DNA from: an uncultured bacterium
GTDB lineage: Bacteria; Actinomycetota; Acidimicrobiia; Spongiisociales; UBA5794
Length of the DNA stretch: 64,000 bases
NCBI GenBank assembly: GCA_963801165.1
Contig: CAWDDT010000006.1
Location: 1-64,000 of the forward strand
Direction of reading: 5' to 3'
In this document: positions 20,277-28,796 of the stretch, piece after piece
How the letters are laid out: every line of letters begins with the position of its first letter
Numbering within the stretch: the stretch's first letter is position 1
Position numbers and translations under genes: made by a program
The notes under the pieces: model-generated
The model's database searches: none
What the model saw: only the letters and a program-made list of their open reading frames with translations
Told to the model about the DNA's origin: nothing

Positions 20277-21467
20277 ATGCCACTACGACGCCCCGCGGCA
20301 ATGCGCCACCGCGGCTTTCGTCAGCTAGTTCGGGCGTGGGTGTTCACCAACATCGCTGATAGCTCGCTCTCGCTCATGTCGGCCGCTTGGGTCAAAGAGC
20401 TCTCAGGCTCGGATGGTGCCGCAGCGATGGTGTTCGTAGCCCTCGGCCTGCCAGCACTGTTGGCCCCAACAATGGGACATATCGCTGATCGAACGTCGAG
20501 GAGAAGGCTGCTCGCCATCTCCAACCTCGCAATGATGGTGGCATTGACCAGCCTCCTAGGTGTTTCCGACCAAACGGATGTCTGGCGGATCTACGTCGTC
20601 GTCTTCCTCTATGGCATGATGGCGTTGCTCACCACCGCCGCCGGCTCGGGACTGATAAAGGACCTGCTGGCGGACGAAGAGCTGGCGTCCGGCAACGCGA
20701 CATTGCAGACAATCGACCGAATCCTCCAACTCGTGGCGCCATTGGCCGGAACCGTGCTCTACGCATCGATCGGACCATACGCCGTCGTCGCGCTCGCAGG
20801 CGCATGCTTCGGCATCACAGCGCTCCTCCTGTCACGGCTGCGCATAACAGAGAGCGAGCCTCCGCCGCGGGATACCGACAACACATACTGGAGCGAGGTG
20901 TCTGAGGGCTTCCGCCACATATTGACGACTGCTCCCCTCAAGGCGGTCACCATCGTCCTAAGTGTCACATTCGGAGTAGTGGGAATGGTGAACGCGTCGA
21001 TCTTTGCAATTATGGACAACGGCCTAGGAGTCCGGCCCGAACTGATCGGAGTCCTTGTAAGCGTCCAAGGTATAGGAGCCATTTGTGGAGGCCTCACGTC
21101 GGCCGCCGCCATTCGCCGATTCGGTGAGAAAGGCACGGTTGCACGAGGTTCAATACTCTTGGCCATCGGACTGCTCCCGCTTGCCGGAACCAGCATCGAA
21201 TTGGTCCTCTTTGGCATGGTAATTATCGGCCTGGGTGTCCCGTGGATCGTCGTCGCCTATACAACACTGCGGCAACGGCTGACGCCCCCAAGCCTCCAGG
21301 GGCGCACGGCAGCGGCTTCCAGTGTCGCGTTCAAGGTACCCGAAACGCTATCGATCATGGCCGCCGCCGCAGTGATCGGGATTATCGACTATCGGATCAT
21401 GATCGCCGCCGCGGTCATTGTCACCTTTAGCTGCGCCGTGTCCACCCTCCGGCACACCGTCGCCTAG
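20277..21467 (+). CDS. MFS transporter (DHA3-like)
   Basis: GHIADRTSRRRLL motif A, QRLTPPSLQGRT; about 12 TM. Confidence 0.9.
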   Translation: MPLRRPAAMRHRGFRQLVRAWVFTNIADSSLSLMSAAWVKELSGSDGAAAMVFVALGLPALLAPTMGHIADRTSRRRLLAISNLAMMVALTSLLGVSDQTDVWRIYVVVFLYGMMALLTTAAGSGLIKDLLADEELASGNATLQTIDRILQLVAPLAGTVLYASIGPYAVVALAGACFGITALLLSRLRITESEPPPRDTDNTYWSEVSEGFRHILTTAPLKAVTIVLSVTFGVVGMVNASIFAIMDNGLGVRPELIGVLVSVQGIGAICGGLTSAAAIRRFGEKGTVARGSILLAIGLLPLAGTSIELVLFGMVIIGLGVPWIVVAYTTLRQRLTPPSLQGRTAAASSVAFKVPETLSIMAAAAVIGIIDYRIMIAAAVIVTFSCAVSTLRHTVA

Positions 21468-21679
21468 CTGTATCGGCCATCAGGTTGATCACCGCCATCC
21501 ACCGCAGTGCGAAGCGCGACGCATCGTCAAGCGACGAGGACACGCGACTCTTCGGATTTCGATAGCGGGTGATGGTGGCGACGAGTTTCCAGTTGGCTCA
21601 GCTGGCGTAGAGCAGTGCTCGGATCCGGTCGAGACCACCTCGTTTCCGAACGGCGTTGTCGCGCACGGGCGTACGACCC

Positions 21680-22588
21680 TTACGAGGCTGCGACAGTGGG
21701 GATGACGCTACGGTGCGCGTCATTGATTGTCCGGGCGGCGTCCTTGATTGCGGTGATGAGTGCGAGGGCGGCGGGCGGGTCGGGCGGCTCGCCGTAGGTG
21801 GCGACGTAGAGCCGGCGGGCGAAGCCCTTCAGCTCGGTGGCATGCACGTCGGGCCGGCGGTGTGCCCGCAAGGCGAGGCCGGGCAGGATCGCGACGCCCG
21901 CTCCCGCCGCGACGAGGGACTGGACGACGACCATGTCGTCGCTGACCGAGCCGATGCGCGGGCTGAAGCCCGAGGCCCGGCAGACGCCCGCGAGCTCCTC
22001 TCGGCAGCGTTCGCACCCGCCGATCCAGGGGGAATGGCGGTGGTTCGCCAGGTGGTCGTTGGCGTTTTGGCTGATCAGGAAGATCGGGTCGTCGGCGATG
22101 TATTCGAGCCGAACGCCGTTCTCCTCGGCCGGGGTGTCGGCGGCACGGAACATCAAGGCGACGTCTATCTCGCCGTCTCGCACCGCCTTGAGGCCCTCGA
22201 CCGGGTGACGATCGACCGCCGTCAGCTCGAGGCCGGGATGCGTGTCGGTGAGCAACGTGGCGGCGATCGACCCGATCGTGCTTAACGCCGAGGCGTTCGC
22301 GGCCAGCCGGACCCGCCCGGACTGCAGGCCCACCTGCGCCGCCAGCTCGTTCGCCGCGGCGTCGACGCGGCGCAGGATTTCGATGGCCCGGCTGGCCAGC
22401 AGCCGCCCTTCCGGGGTCAGCCGGATCCCGCGGCCGACTCGTTGCACCAGCTTGACATCGATAGCCGCTTCCAGGCGGGACAAGTGATGGCTGATCGACG
22501 GCTGGGAGTAGTGCAGCTCCTTGGCTGCTTCTGTCACGGACTCGTTTCGGGCTACCGCGGCCAGCACCTTGAGTTGGATCAGGTTCAT
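21680..22588 (-). CDS. LysR family regulator
   Basis: SVTEAAKELHYSQPSISHHLSRLE, LTPEG, LVAAGAGVAILP. Confidence 0.95.
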   Translation of the reverse strand: MNLIQLKVLAAVARNESVTEAAKELHYSQPSISHHLSRLEAAIDVKLVQRVGRGIRLTPEGRLLASRAIEILRRVDAAANELAAQVGLQSGRVRLAANASALSTIGSIAATLLTDTHPGLELTAVDRHPVEGLKAVRDGEIDVALMFRAADTPAEENGVRLEYIADDPIFLISQNANDHLANHRHSPWIGGCERCREELAGVCRASGFSPRIGSVSDDMVVVQSLVAAGAGVAILPGLALRAHRRPDVHATELKGFARRLYVATYGEPPDPPAALALITAIKDAARTINDAHRSVIPTVAAS

Positions 22589-22700
22589 CACAGATCAAGA
22601 CTATCAATGAGAAGTGCGTCGTATTGGCATTGGACGTCATGAGTGGTCGTCGACCATGCTGGCGGTCATCGAGAAACGCTTGTGTGGAAGGAGACAACTC

Positions 22701-23339
22701 ATGGGCAAGGTGACCAGCGATCTGTCGATCTCGGCCGATGGGTTTTCCGCCGGTCTCAACCAGACGGAGCAGCGGCCGTTCGGTGACGACGGTGGCGATG
22801 GCTGGGGCGACAGGCTGCACGGCTGGATCTTCGCAACCCCGACCGTGCAGGATGGCGACTACTCCAACGTCCAGGCGGTCGCCGGTGGCGCCACCGAGGT
22901 CGAGCCTCCCGGCGCGTTCATCATGGGTCGAAACATGTTCGGTCCCGTACGTGGCGAGTGGGATCGGCCGTGGAGCGGGTGGTGGGGTGACAACCCGCCG
23001 TACCACGCGCCGGTGTTCGTGCTGACGCACTACGCGCGGGAGCCGCAGGAGATGGAAGGCGGGACCACGTTCTACTTCGTTACCGAGGGCATCGAGTCCG
23101 CGTTCAACCAGGCGCGCGAGGCGGCGGGGGAGCGGGGGATCTCGATCCACGGTGGCGCGACGACGATCAACCAGTACCTCGCGGCCGGTCTCGTCGATGA
23201 GTTGCGGCTCCACATCGTGCCGATCCTGATCGGTGCCGGGACGCGTATCTTCGACGGCGTACAGGCTCTGACCATGGAGCAGGTCGAGACCAAGCCAGCG
23301 TCCGACGTCACGCACGTTACGTACCGCATCCTGCACTGA
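22701..23339 (+). CDS. DHFR/RibD-C family protein (copy 2)
   Basis: RBS AAGGAG; LSISADGFSAG, IMGRNMF, GGATTINQYLAAGLVDEL. Confidence 0.92.
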   Translation: MGKVTSDLSISADGFSAGLNQTEQRPFGDDGGDGWGDRLHGWIFATPTVQDGDYSNVQAVAGGATEVEPPGAFIMGRNMFGPVRGEWDRPWSGWWGDNPPYHAPVFVLTHYAREPQEMEGGTTFYFVTEGIESAFNQAREAAGERGISIHGGATTINQYLAAGLVDELRLHIVPILIGAGTRIFDGVQALTMEQVETKPASDVTHVTYRILH

Positions 23340-23386
23340 CGGACGGTTTTTGCGGGTGACGGCACGCTTGCCGGTGAGCGTGGCGC

Positions 23387-23503
23387 CTCTGCGAGCGGTT
23401 CGAGAGCCGCTGGATTGACCAGATGCGCGGCCCCGGTCATAGCTACGGCAAATCGGAGCACTTCCGCCGTCGTCTGCCCAGAGAGGCGATCGCGGCTCTG
23501 GTC
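23387..23503 (+). pseudogene. Internal relic of a BBE-type FAD oxidase
   Basis: LCERFESRWIDQMRGPGHSYGKSEHFRRRLPREAIAALV matches LGERFDDGWTGEMSAPGHSYSKSEYFRRPLAREAIDGLI in gene 33821-35314. Confidence 0.7.
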
Positions 23504-23811
23504 GTGGCGTTCCAATTCCCTCAGGTGGTGACCGCCCGCATTCTTTGTCACGTTGAGTCTGACGGCCACCGAGGCGCGCCTGGGAACTGAGCCACGATCA
23601 CTCCAGAGCGTTTTCAACTCGAGGTCAGCGATGTTGACCACGCTCGTGTCCAGAGCTCAGATGACAGCTTCAAGTCCTCACCCGCGGCCACACCGCGACC
23701 ACACGAGGACGAGCAGCGACCAGTGATGACCGTGGGCAACCTGTGGTGAGAATCCCGCCAACTCTGGACAATCGGCGGTGACCGTTGATGACCGGTGGTA
23801 TCGGTTTCGCG

Positions 23812-23874
23812 TTCACACGGCAGAGGTCGCCGACCGCAAGCGGTCCGTCCGTTCGATCCCAGTAGCGCCCACCA
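23812..23874 (+). repeat. att-like copy of tRNA-Val 3' half with 18-nt insertion
   Basis: TTCACACGGCAGAGG-TCGCCG-[ACCGCAAGCGGTCCGTCC]-GTTCGATCCCAGTAGCGCCCACCA. Confidence 0.9.
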
Positions 23875-24016
23875 CACGAAGTCCCCAGGAAGGCGGGGGG
23901 TTTTGTGTCAGGCCTCTTTCTGTGGTTCTCCTTTCTGGGTGCCGCGTGCACATTCCGTGCACTTCAGATCCGGCCCAGGGAGGCTCGAGGGTGTCGGCGG
24001 CGTCCCGATCGATGCC
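23813..24016 (-). pseudogene. Integrase C-terminal tail relic reading through the att copy
   Basis: GIDRDAADTLEPPWAGSEVHGMCTR...VVGATGIERTDRLRSATSAV*; start resembles EGVDEAAMEGL of the 9723 integrase. Confidence 0.45.
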
Positions 24017-24095
24017 CCCGCCCGTCGTCTATCGTCGGCGGCCGGTCGTTTCGGCCAATGCGCCACTTCACCAACGTGGGGTGTGTGCTCCACAT

Positions 24096-25316
24096 CTATG
24101 AGAATCCGTCGATCACCGAACCGTCTTGGTTATAGAGCGTCATCGTGTGGCTGGCGAATATGTCGTCTTCGAGGCAGAGGTAGAGCTCGGTGTCGGTGTC
24201 CGTTCCACAGCGGGCGTGAACGAAGATCTGCTGTTTTGGGTCGATCGTGAGTCCGTCGGGGAACTGCAGGGAGAAGGAATCGCCTTCGAGGCTCCAACCG
24301 GTCAGGTCGGCGGGCAGCTCCCCCGAGTTGACGATGACCATGGTATCGCCGGCTCCGGCTTCGCCGTCGGTGTAGATGTGGGGTATCCAGATCGATGCTG
24401 GGTTCGCTTCCAGGTCCGAAACAGGTGTGCGCAACAGGGACTGATCGGTTACCGCCCTGATTCGTGGGCAGTTCGCTGACGCGACTATCTCAAGGCTGCC
24501 ACCGAGGGTGACTTCGGCAGCGGTGTCCTCATAGGCCGTGTAGCTCACCAACGTATCGCCGCTCGCGGCATCAACTATGGCAACGTTGCAGAGAGGATTC
24601 CCCACGTGTGCCTGGATATCGATCCACCAACGGTTGGGAGCATCAACCGAGAGCGTCACCTCTGAGCTGGCTTTCAAATCCTCGTTGCTGACGTAGGATG
24701 CCAGCAGAAGCGGCATCCGACCAGCGAGCGGCTCCCCACAATCGACCAGGACCAGATCGCGGTAGACGCTGCCCTGCCCATATGCGGGGCCCCCGACCCA
24801 GTCTGGCGCCCACTGCGCAGCAAACTCGCCCCCCGGCCAATCGAGAACGACAGGTGCGCTGAGGTAAACCGCTACCAGGAAACCATCCAAGTCGACCTGG
24901 GTGAGACCCTGGGCAGGAGCTATCGGCAATGCGACGCTGAAGGTCTCCGGGATCGCATCCTGTGACGCGATGTACTCGACACAAGCCTCCTCCCCGTAGA
25001 GGTTCAACGATTCGGGATTCAATGCCTGACCAATCAGTGCCGCCGATCCGGTTTCGTGGACGTTGTTCCACGCCTCGACAAACGGCTGATACCTCTCCTC
25101 GACGAGGGAGGTTGTCGTCACGGCGGCATCGCTCCCCGCAACGGTGGCCACGTCAGAGGCTTGGCGCGACTCCGACGCTTCCGTAGTCGAGGTGGTTTCT
25201 CTGACCTGATCACCAATCGAAGTGCCAGAGGTCTCCGAACCCGGGGTCGGGTCGGTCCCGGAACACCCCCCGAGCACAACAAACAGCGCCACCACCGAGA
25301 TCACGAATCGGCTCAT
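24096..25316 (-). CDS. Lipoprotein with C-terminal lamin-tail-like domain
   Basis: Lipobox VLGG-C; C-term VIVNSGELPADLTGWSL, FPDGLTIDPKQQIFV, LYNQDGSVID. Confidence 0.75.
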   Translation of the reverse strand: MSRFVISVVALFVVLGGCSGTDPTPGSETSGTSIGDQVRETTSTTEASESRQASDVATVAGSDAAVTTTSLVEERYQPFVEAWNNVHETGSAALIGQALNPESLNLYGEEACVEYIASQDAIPETFSVALPIAPAQGLTQVDLDGFLVAVYLSAPVVLDWPGGEFAAQWAPDWVGGPAYGQGSVYRDLVLVDCGEPLAGRMPLLLASYVSNEDLKASSEVTLSVDAPNRWWIDIQAHVGNPLCNVAIVDAASGDTLVSYTAYEDTAAEVTLGGSLEIVASANCPRIRAVTDQSLLRTPVSDLEANPASIWIPHIYTDGEAGAGDTMVIVNSGELPADLTGWSLEGDSFSLQFPDGLTIDPKQQIFVHARCGTDTDTELYLCLEDDIFASHTMTLYNQDGSVIDGFS

Positions 25317-25758
25317 CCGACCCCCATCTGGAATCCTCTGCATGCTTGGACGGTGTACCAGGTGTCAATGGTTCCCAACCAATCTCAATCATGCCATTTG
25401 CTTCCGTGCGTGGCAACGTGGCCGCCGACAAGCAGCAACAGGACGGGCACATCTACCAGCACGGTCAGAGGCCCACAGCCCAGAACGCCAAACCTCGCCC
25501 GACAATGAGCACTTCGGATGGCCCGTGCCTCCGCTCGCTTGTGTACCTGGCGTCATGTTGGGTGATTGCTCGTGTTGCCTAGGCCAGACAACAACCACTC
25601 CAAGGCAATCGCTCCGAGAGCGTCGAACATGTCAGGCGAGGCATGACCCTCCGTTGGTGGAGTCGCGAGACAGAGAGTCGTCGCGCCTGCACCCCAGACA
25701 TGGCGGAGCTTGTTGGCGCCTACGCTATGGGTGAAAGAGACCATGGGAACGGATCATC

Positions 25759-26184
25759 GTGCGCATCGGAGATGACGAGCCGGACGACGGACTTCCGAGT
25801 GTCTTGGAGGAACGCCTTTCAACGTTCCCTGTTGCCGCCGTACACGACGACACCGACCGGTTGGCGGCGACGGCTGAGGAGCTACGACAGGTCGCTGCCA
25901 TCGTGAAGGATCTGGGCGCCGACGACAATCGGCGACAGCAGCTGAGGCAGCTCTATTTGAAGGCCCTCCATGCTCGTCTTGCCGAGGCAGGCAAGCTGCC
26001 CCCACAGTCGGATCGTTCTGGAATGGGTTTCGTCATGGTGACCCGCCCACGCGGTGTGCCTCAGACGCTATTTCCGGTAGCTCGATGGCTGAGCTCACGG
26101 ATTGGCGGACCGGTGAGGGCGTGGGTCTCGAACCGTCGGGTGGGGTGGCGCCGCCGTAGGTGGCGACGCCTACTGGCCCGGTGA
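25759..26184 (+). CDS. Hypothetical protein
   Basis: 141-aa ORF, helical N-half, Arg/Trp-rich end; no family recognised. Confidence 0.4.
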   Translation: MRIGDDEPDDGLPSVLEERLSTFPVAAVHDDTDRLAATAEELRQVAAIVKDLGADDNRRQQLRQLYLKALHARLAEAGKLPPQSDRSGMGFVMVTRPRGVPQTLFPVARWLSSRIGGPVRAWVSNRRVGWRRRRWRRLLAR

Positions 26185-26322
26185 GTCGGGAGCGTCCAGG
26201 ACGCGAATAGGACGCGATTTGCTGAAAGACGGTGCAAACTGACGAAAGCCAATGGGCATCAAGTCTCAATGAATCCGGGCGATTATGGCCATTCTCCCAG
26301 GTCGGCGAAACAGCCTGGAAGA

Positions 26323-26367
26323 CCTTCACATGGCAGAGGTCACTGGTTCGATCCCAGTAGCGCCCAC
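26323..26367 (+). repeat. att-like copy of tRNA-Val 3' half (no insertion)
   Basis: CCTTCACATGGCAGAGGTCACTGGTTCGATCCCAGTAGCGCCCAC, 2 mismatches to 7924-7968. Confidence 0.92.
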
Positions 26368-26679
26368 GGAAACCCTTCTCCTTTCTCTGGGCGAGGGACT
26401 TCGCTGTTTTCCATTGTTCAGCAGGGCGAGCGGACGATCAGTCCTGCCTGGACTGCGTCGGAGAAGATGCGGCGAGCAGTTGGAACGCCCTACGGATCGT
26501 GGCCGGTGCGTAGCCCTGGGTGTCGCAGTCATTGTCCGCCAAAAAAGCGACCGGCGTCAGCGAAGGTGCTTCGTGGTGATCCCTACCCATAGCGCAGGGG
26601 GCGCCCGGATGGACTCGCCCCATCGGAGGTTGTGGTCGAGGGGTAGTGTTCGAGGTTCTCTCTGAGCGGAGGACAGATC

Positions 26680-27507
26680 ATGGTTCATGTGGTGCAGCCG
26701 GGCGAGACGTTGGGAGCGATCGCTGCCAGGTTCGGGTCAACGGTGGCGGCGTTTCTAGCGTCCAATCCACAGGTACCGAACGGTGATCTGATCTTCCCGG
26801 GACAGGAACTGACAGTCCCCGGAAACGCCGATGGCGCAGCTGGTGCAGACATTGCCGAGGTCACGGAGGTCGCTCCGGCGGCGTACACCGTGCGTTCGGG
26901 TGACACCTTCCGCAAGATCGCCAGCCACTTCAGCGTGTCGACCGCCGAGCTGATTGCAGCGAACCCGGAGATCTCCAACCCCGCCCTGATCCGACCCGGC
27001 CAACAGATTACAGTCCCCGGCGGAAGGCGCACCAAGGCTGCCGACATGGTGACCACCCCGGTGAAGGGTGGGCTACCGAGATGGGTGGCGGTCGCCAAAC
27101 GAGAGATGGACACGGGTATCGACGAAATACCGGGCTCGGCAGACAACCCGCGGATTGTCGAATACAACCGGACCACAAGCCTTCCGGCTGCGATGGCTGC
27201 CGAGGATGAGACGCCATGGTGTTCGAGCTTCGTCAATTGGTGCATGGCCCAAGCCGGGCTGCGAGGGACTGGCAATGCGATGGCACTGTCGTGGCTCGAC
27301 TGGGGTACCGTCGTGGCTGATCGGCCTAAGCGGGGCACGGTCACGGTGTTTCGACGTGATGGCGGTCCGACTCGTGGGCATGTGGGGTTCTACTGGCAGT
27401 CGTCCGGTGATCGAATCCTGGTGTTGGGTGGCAATCAAAGTGATCAGGTGTCGATCAAGGGCTACCCGAAAGCCGACCTGCTCGGATTCCGCTGGCCGCG
27501 GCCCTAG
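26680..27507 (+). CDS. 2x LysM + TIGR02594-type (NlpC/P60/CHAP-like) peptidoglycan hydrolase
   Basis: HVVQPGETLGAIA and YTVRSGDTFRKIA LysM repeats; DETPWCSSFVNW, GHVGF, LGGNQSDQV. Confidence 0.9.
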   Translation: MVHVVQPGETLGAIAARFGSTVAAFLASNPQVPNGDLIFPGQELTVPGNADGAAGADIAEVTEVAPAAYTVRSGDTFRKIASHFSVSTAELIAANPEISNPALIRPGQQITVPGGRRTKAADMVTTPVKGGLPRWVAVAKREMDTGIDEIPGSADNPRIVEYNRTTSLPAAMAAEDETPWCSSFVNWCMAQAGLRGTGNAMALSWLDWGTVVADRPKRGTVTVFRRDGGPTRGHVGFYWQSSGDRILVLGGNQSDQVSIKGYPKADLLGFRWPRP

Positions 27508-27733
27508 CTGTGAGCTGCCTGCACCTCGGTTCGGCTGCCGGTTCCGACGTGCGAATGCCCGAGTCTCGGCAGATGGCAGAAAGCCAAGCGGAAATCGGCG
27601 TATCGAGGTTGGACACGCTGATCGCCGAGCCCGCCCAATCGTGAAAACGAAATCTGCGGTTGACGCTGAGCCTCATTCCCAGCTCGGTTTCAAGCAAGAG
27701 CGATCTGTCACACGCGTAGATACCTTCACGCCC

Positions 27734-27928
27734 ATGAGCTGCATAGATCTCAACGACGACCAGGGGGGTCTTCTCGCCGTCATCGCCACCAAACAGGCCG
27801 TCCCGGAGCACATGGTGCCCCTGGTCGACGACTTGCGCCGACGGGAGTGGATGATGCCGAACACGTTGGAGCTGACTGGGACAAGGAGGCGACATGTGGA
27901 GAACGCGGGGCCAGGACTGCTCGGGTAG
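27734..27928 (+). CDS. Small hypothetical protein
   Basis: MSCIDLNDDQGGLLAVIAT...LELTGT; no family recognised. Confidence 0.35.
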   Translation: MSCIDLNDDQGGLLAVIATKQAVPEHMVPLVDDLRRREWMMPNTLELTGTRRRHVENAGPGLLG

Positions 27929-27945
27929 GGTTGGGTGGCACCCCG

Positions 27946-28123
27946 CTAAGTCGCGGAGTGCCAGCGATCGTCGATCATCGAGTGGACGTAGTCGTGGCCG
28001 ATCCGGGCGTTCTTGGTGGCGGGGGGCGGCCCCATCTGCCGGCCCCAAGCCCGCCACCCGCCACCTGGAGGGATGCGACCGAGCTTCTTGACGTCGACAT
28101 GGACCAGTTCGCCGGGCCAATCA
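27946..28123 (-). mobile_element. IS481-family transposase internal fragment
   Basis: PGELVHVDVKKLGRIPPGGGWR...IGHDYVHSMIDD, typical of actinobacterial IS481. Confidence 0.8.
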
Positions 28124-28217
28124 GGCACGTCTCTGCTCGGGTGGTCGGATACTGTCAGTTTGTGTCGTTCGCTGGCGGGCCAAGCCGATGACCCTATAGA
28201 CCCCCACGGTGGGCGAG

Positions 28218-28493
28218 CTATCGGGGTCGGTAGATGTCTGCCCGATGGTCGATGTAGATGACCCGGACCGTCCGGTTGATTTCGCTGATCTCGTAGACGA
28301 TGCGATAGGCGCCGACTCTTGCGGAGTGAAGGCCGACTAGGTCGCCTCGCAGCGGTTTGCCGACCCGATGCGGGTTCTCGAGTAATGGGCCTACGAGGTA
28401 GTCCAGGACTGCGAGGGCGATCTTCTCGGGGAGTCGATCAATCGCTCTTCGGGCTGGCCCGGCAACAACCAGATCCCAAGGTGCAGCTGTCAC
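28218..28493 (-). CDS. RelE/ParE family toxin (copy 2)
   Basis: Differs from copy 1 at only a few residues. Confidence 0.92.
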   Translation of the reverse strand: MTAAPWDLVVAGPARRAIDRLPEKIALAVLDYLVGPLLENPHRVGKPLRGDLVGLHSARVGAYRIVYEISEINRTVRVIYIDHRADIYRPR

Positions 28494-28777
28494 GCCGTCT
28501 TGGAGCGGAGTTGGCTACGCAGCGTCTCGATGTCGTCCTTGGTGACGACGTCACCGCTGGCGATGGCTGCCCGTCCTTGTTGGATCTCGCGCATTGCCGC
28601 CGGATCCGAGAGGATCGCCAGGGTCTCTTCGATGGCCTCCAAATCGTCTGTGCTGAGCAGAACGGCGACTGGGCGTCCGTTGCGGGTGACAGTGATCCGT
28701 TCCTGGGTGGTTACCACCTCGTCGACGACTTCTGACAGTTTGGCTTTGACTTCGGAGAGCGGGAGTGTTCTTGACAT
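28490..28777 (-). CDS. Phd/YefM family antitoxin (copy 2)
   Basis: Near-identical to 18938-19225. Confidence 0.92.
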   Translation of the reverse strand: MSRTLPLSEVKAKLSEVVDEVVTTQERITVTRNGRPVAVLLSTDDLEAIEETLAILSDPAAMREIQQGRAAIASGDVVTKDDIETLRSQLRSKTA

Positions 28778-28796
28778 GACCAAAATTATAGTCTGA

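Larger units (their letters stand above)
7926..23874. mobile_element. Decayed genomic island 1 at tRNA-Val
   Basis: Bounded by the tRNA 3' half and its copy at 23812-23874; integrase relics at 9723-10330 and 11350-11450. Confidence 0.75.
23812..26367. mobile_element. Decayed mini-island 2
   Basis: Between two tRNA-Val 3' copies; 11-bp-period repeats at 23945/23956 and 26198/26209. Confidence 0.65.

Noticed and set aside
21720-23336. Long shadow ORFs (also 12274-13296, 34124-35179, 49407-50750, 55961-57082)
   Set aside because: Antisense or alternate-frame to well-supported genes; expected in high-GC DNA.
23770-23874. Complete extra tRNA genes at 23812, 26323 and 41452
   Set aside because: No 5' acceptor strand or D-arm upstream; anticodon stems do not pair fully.
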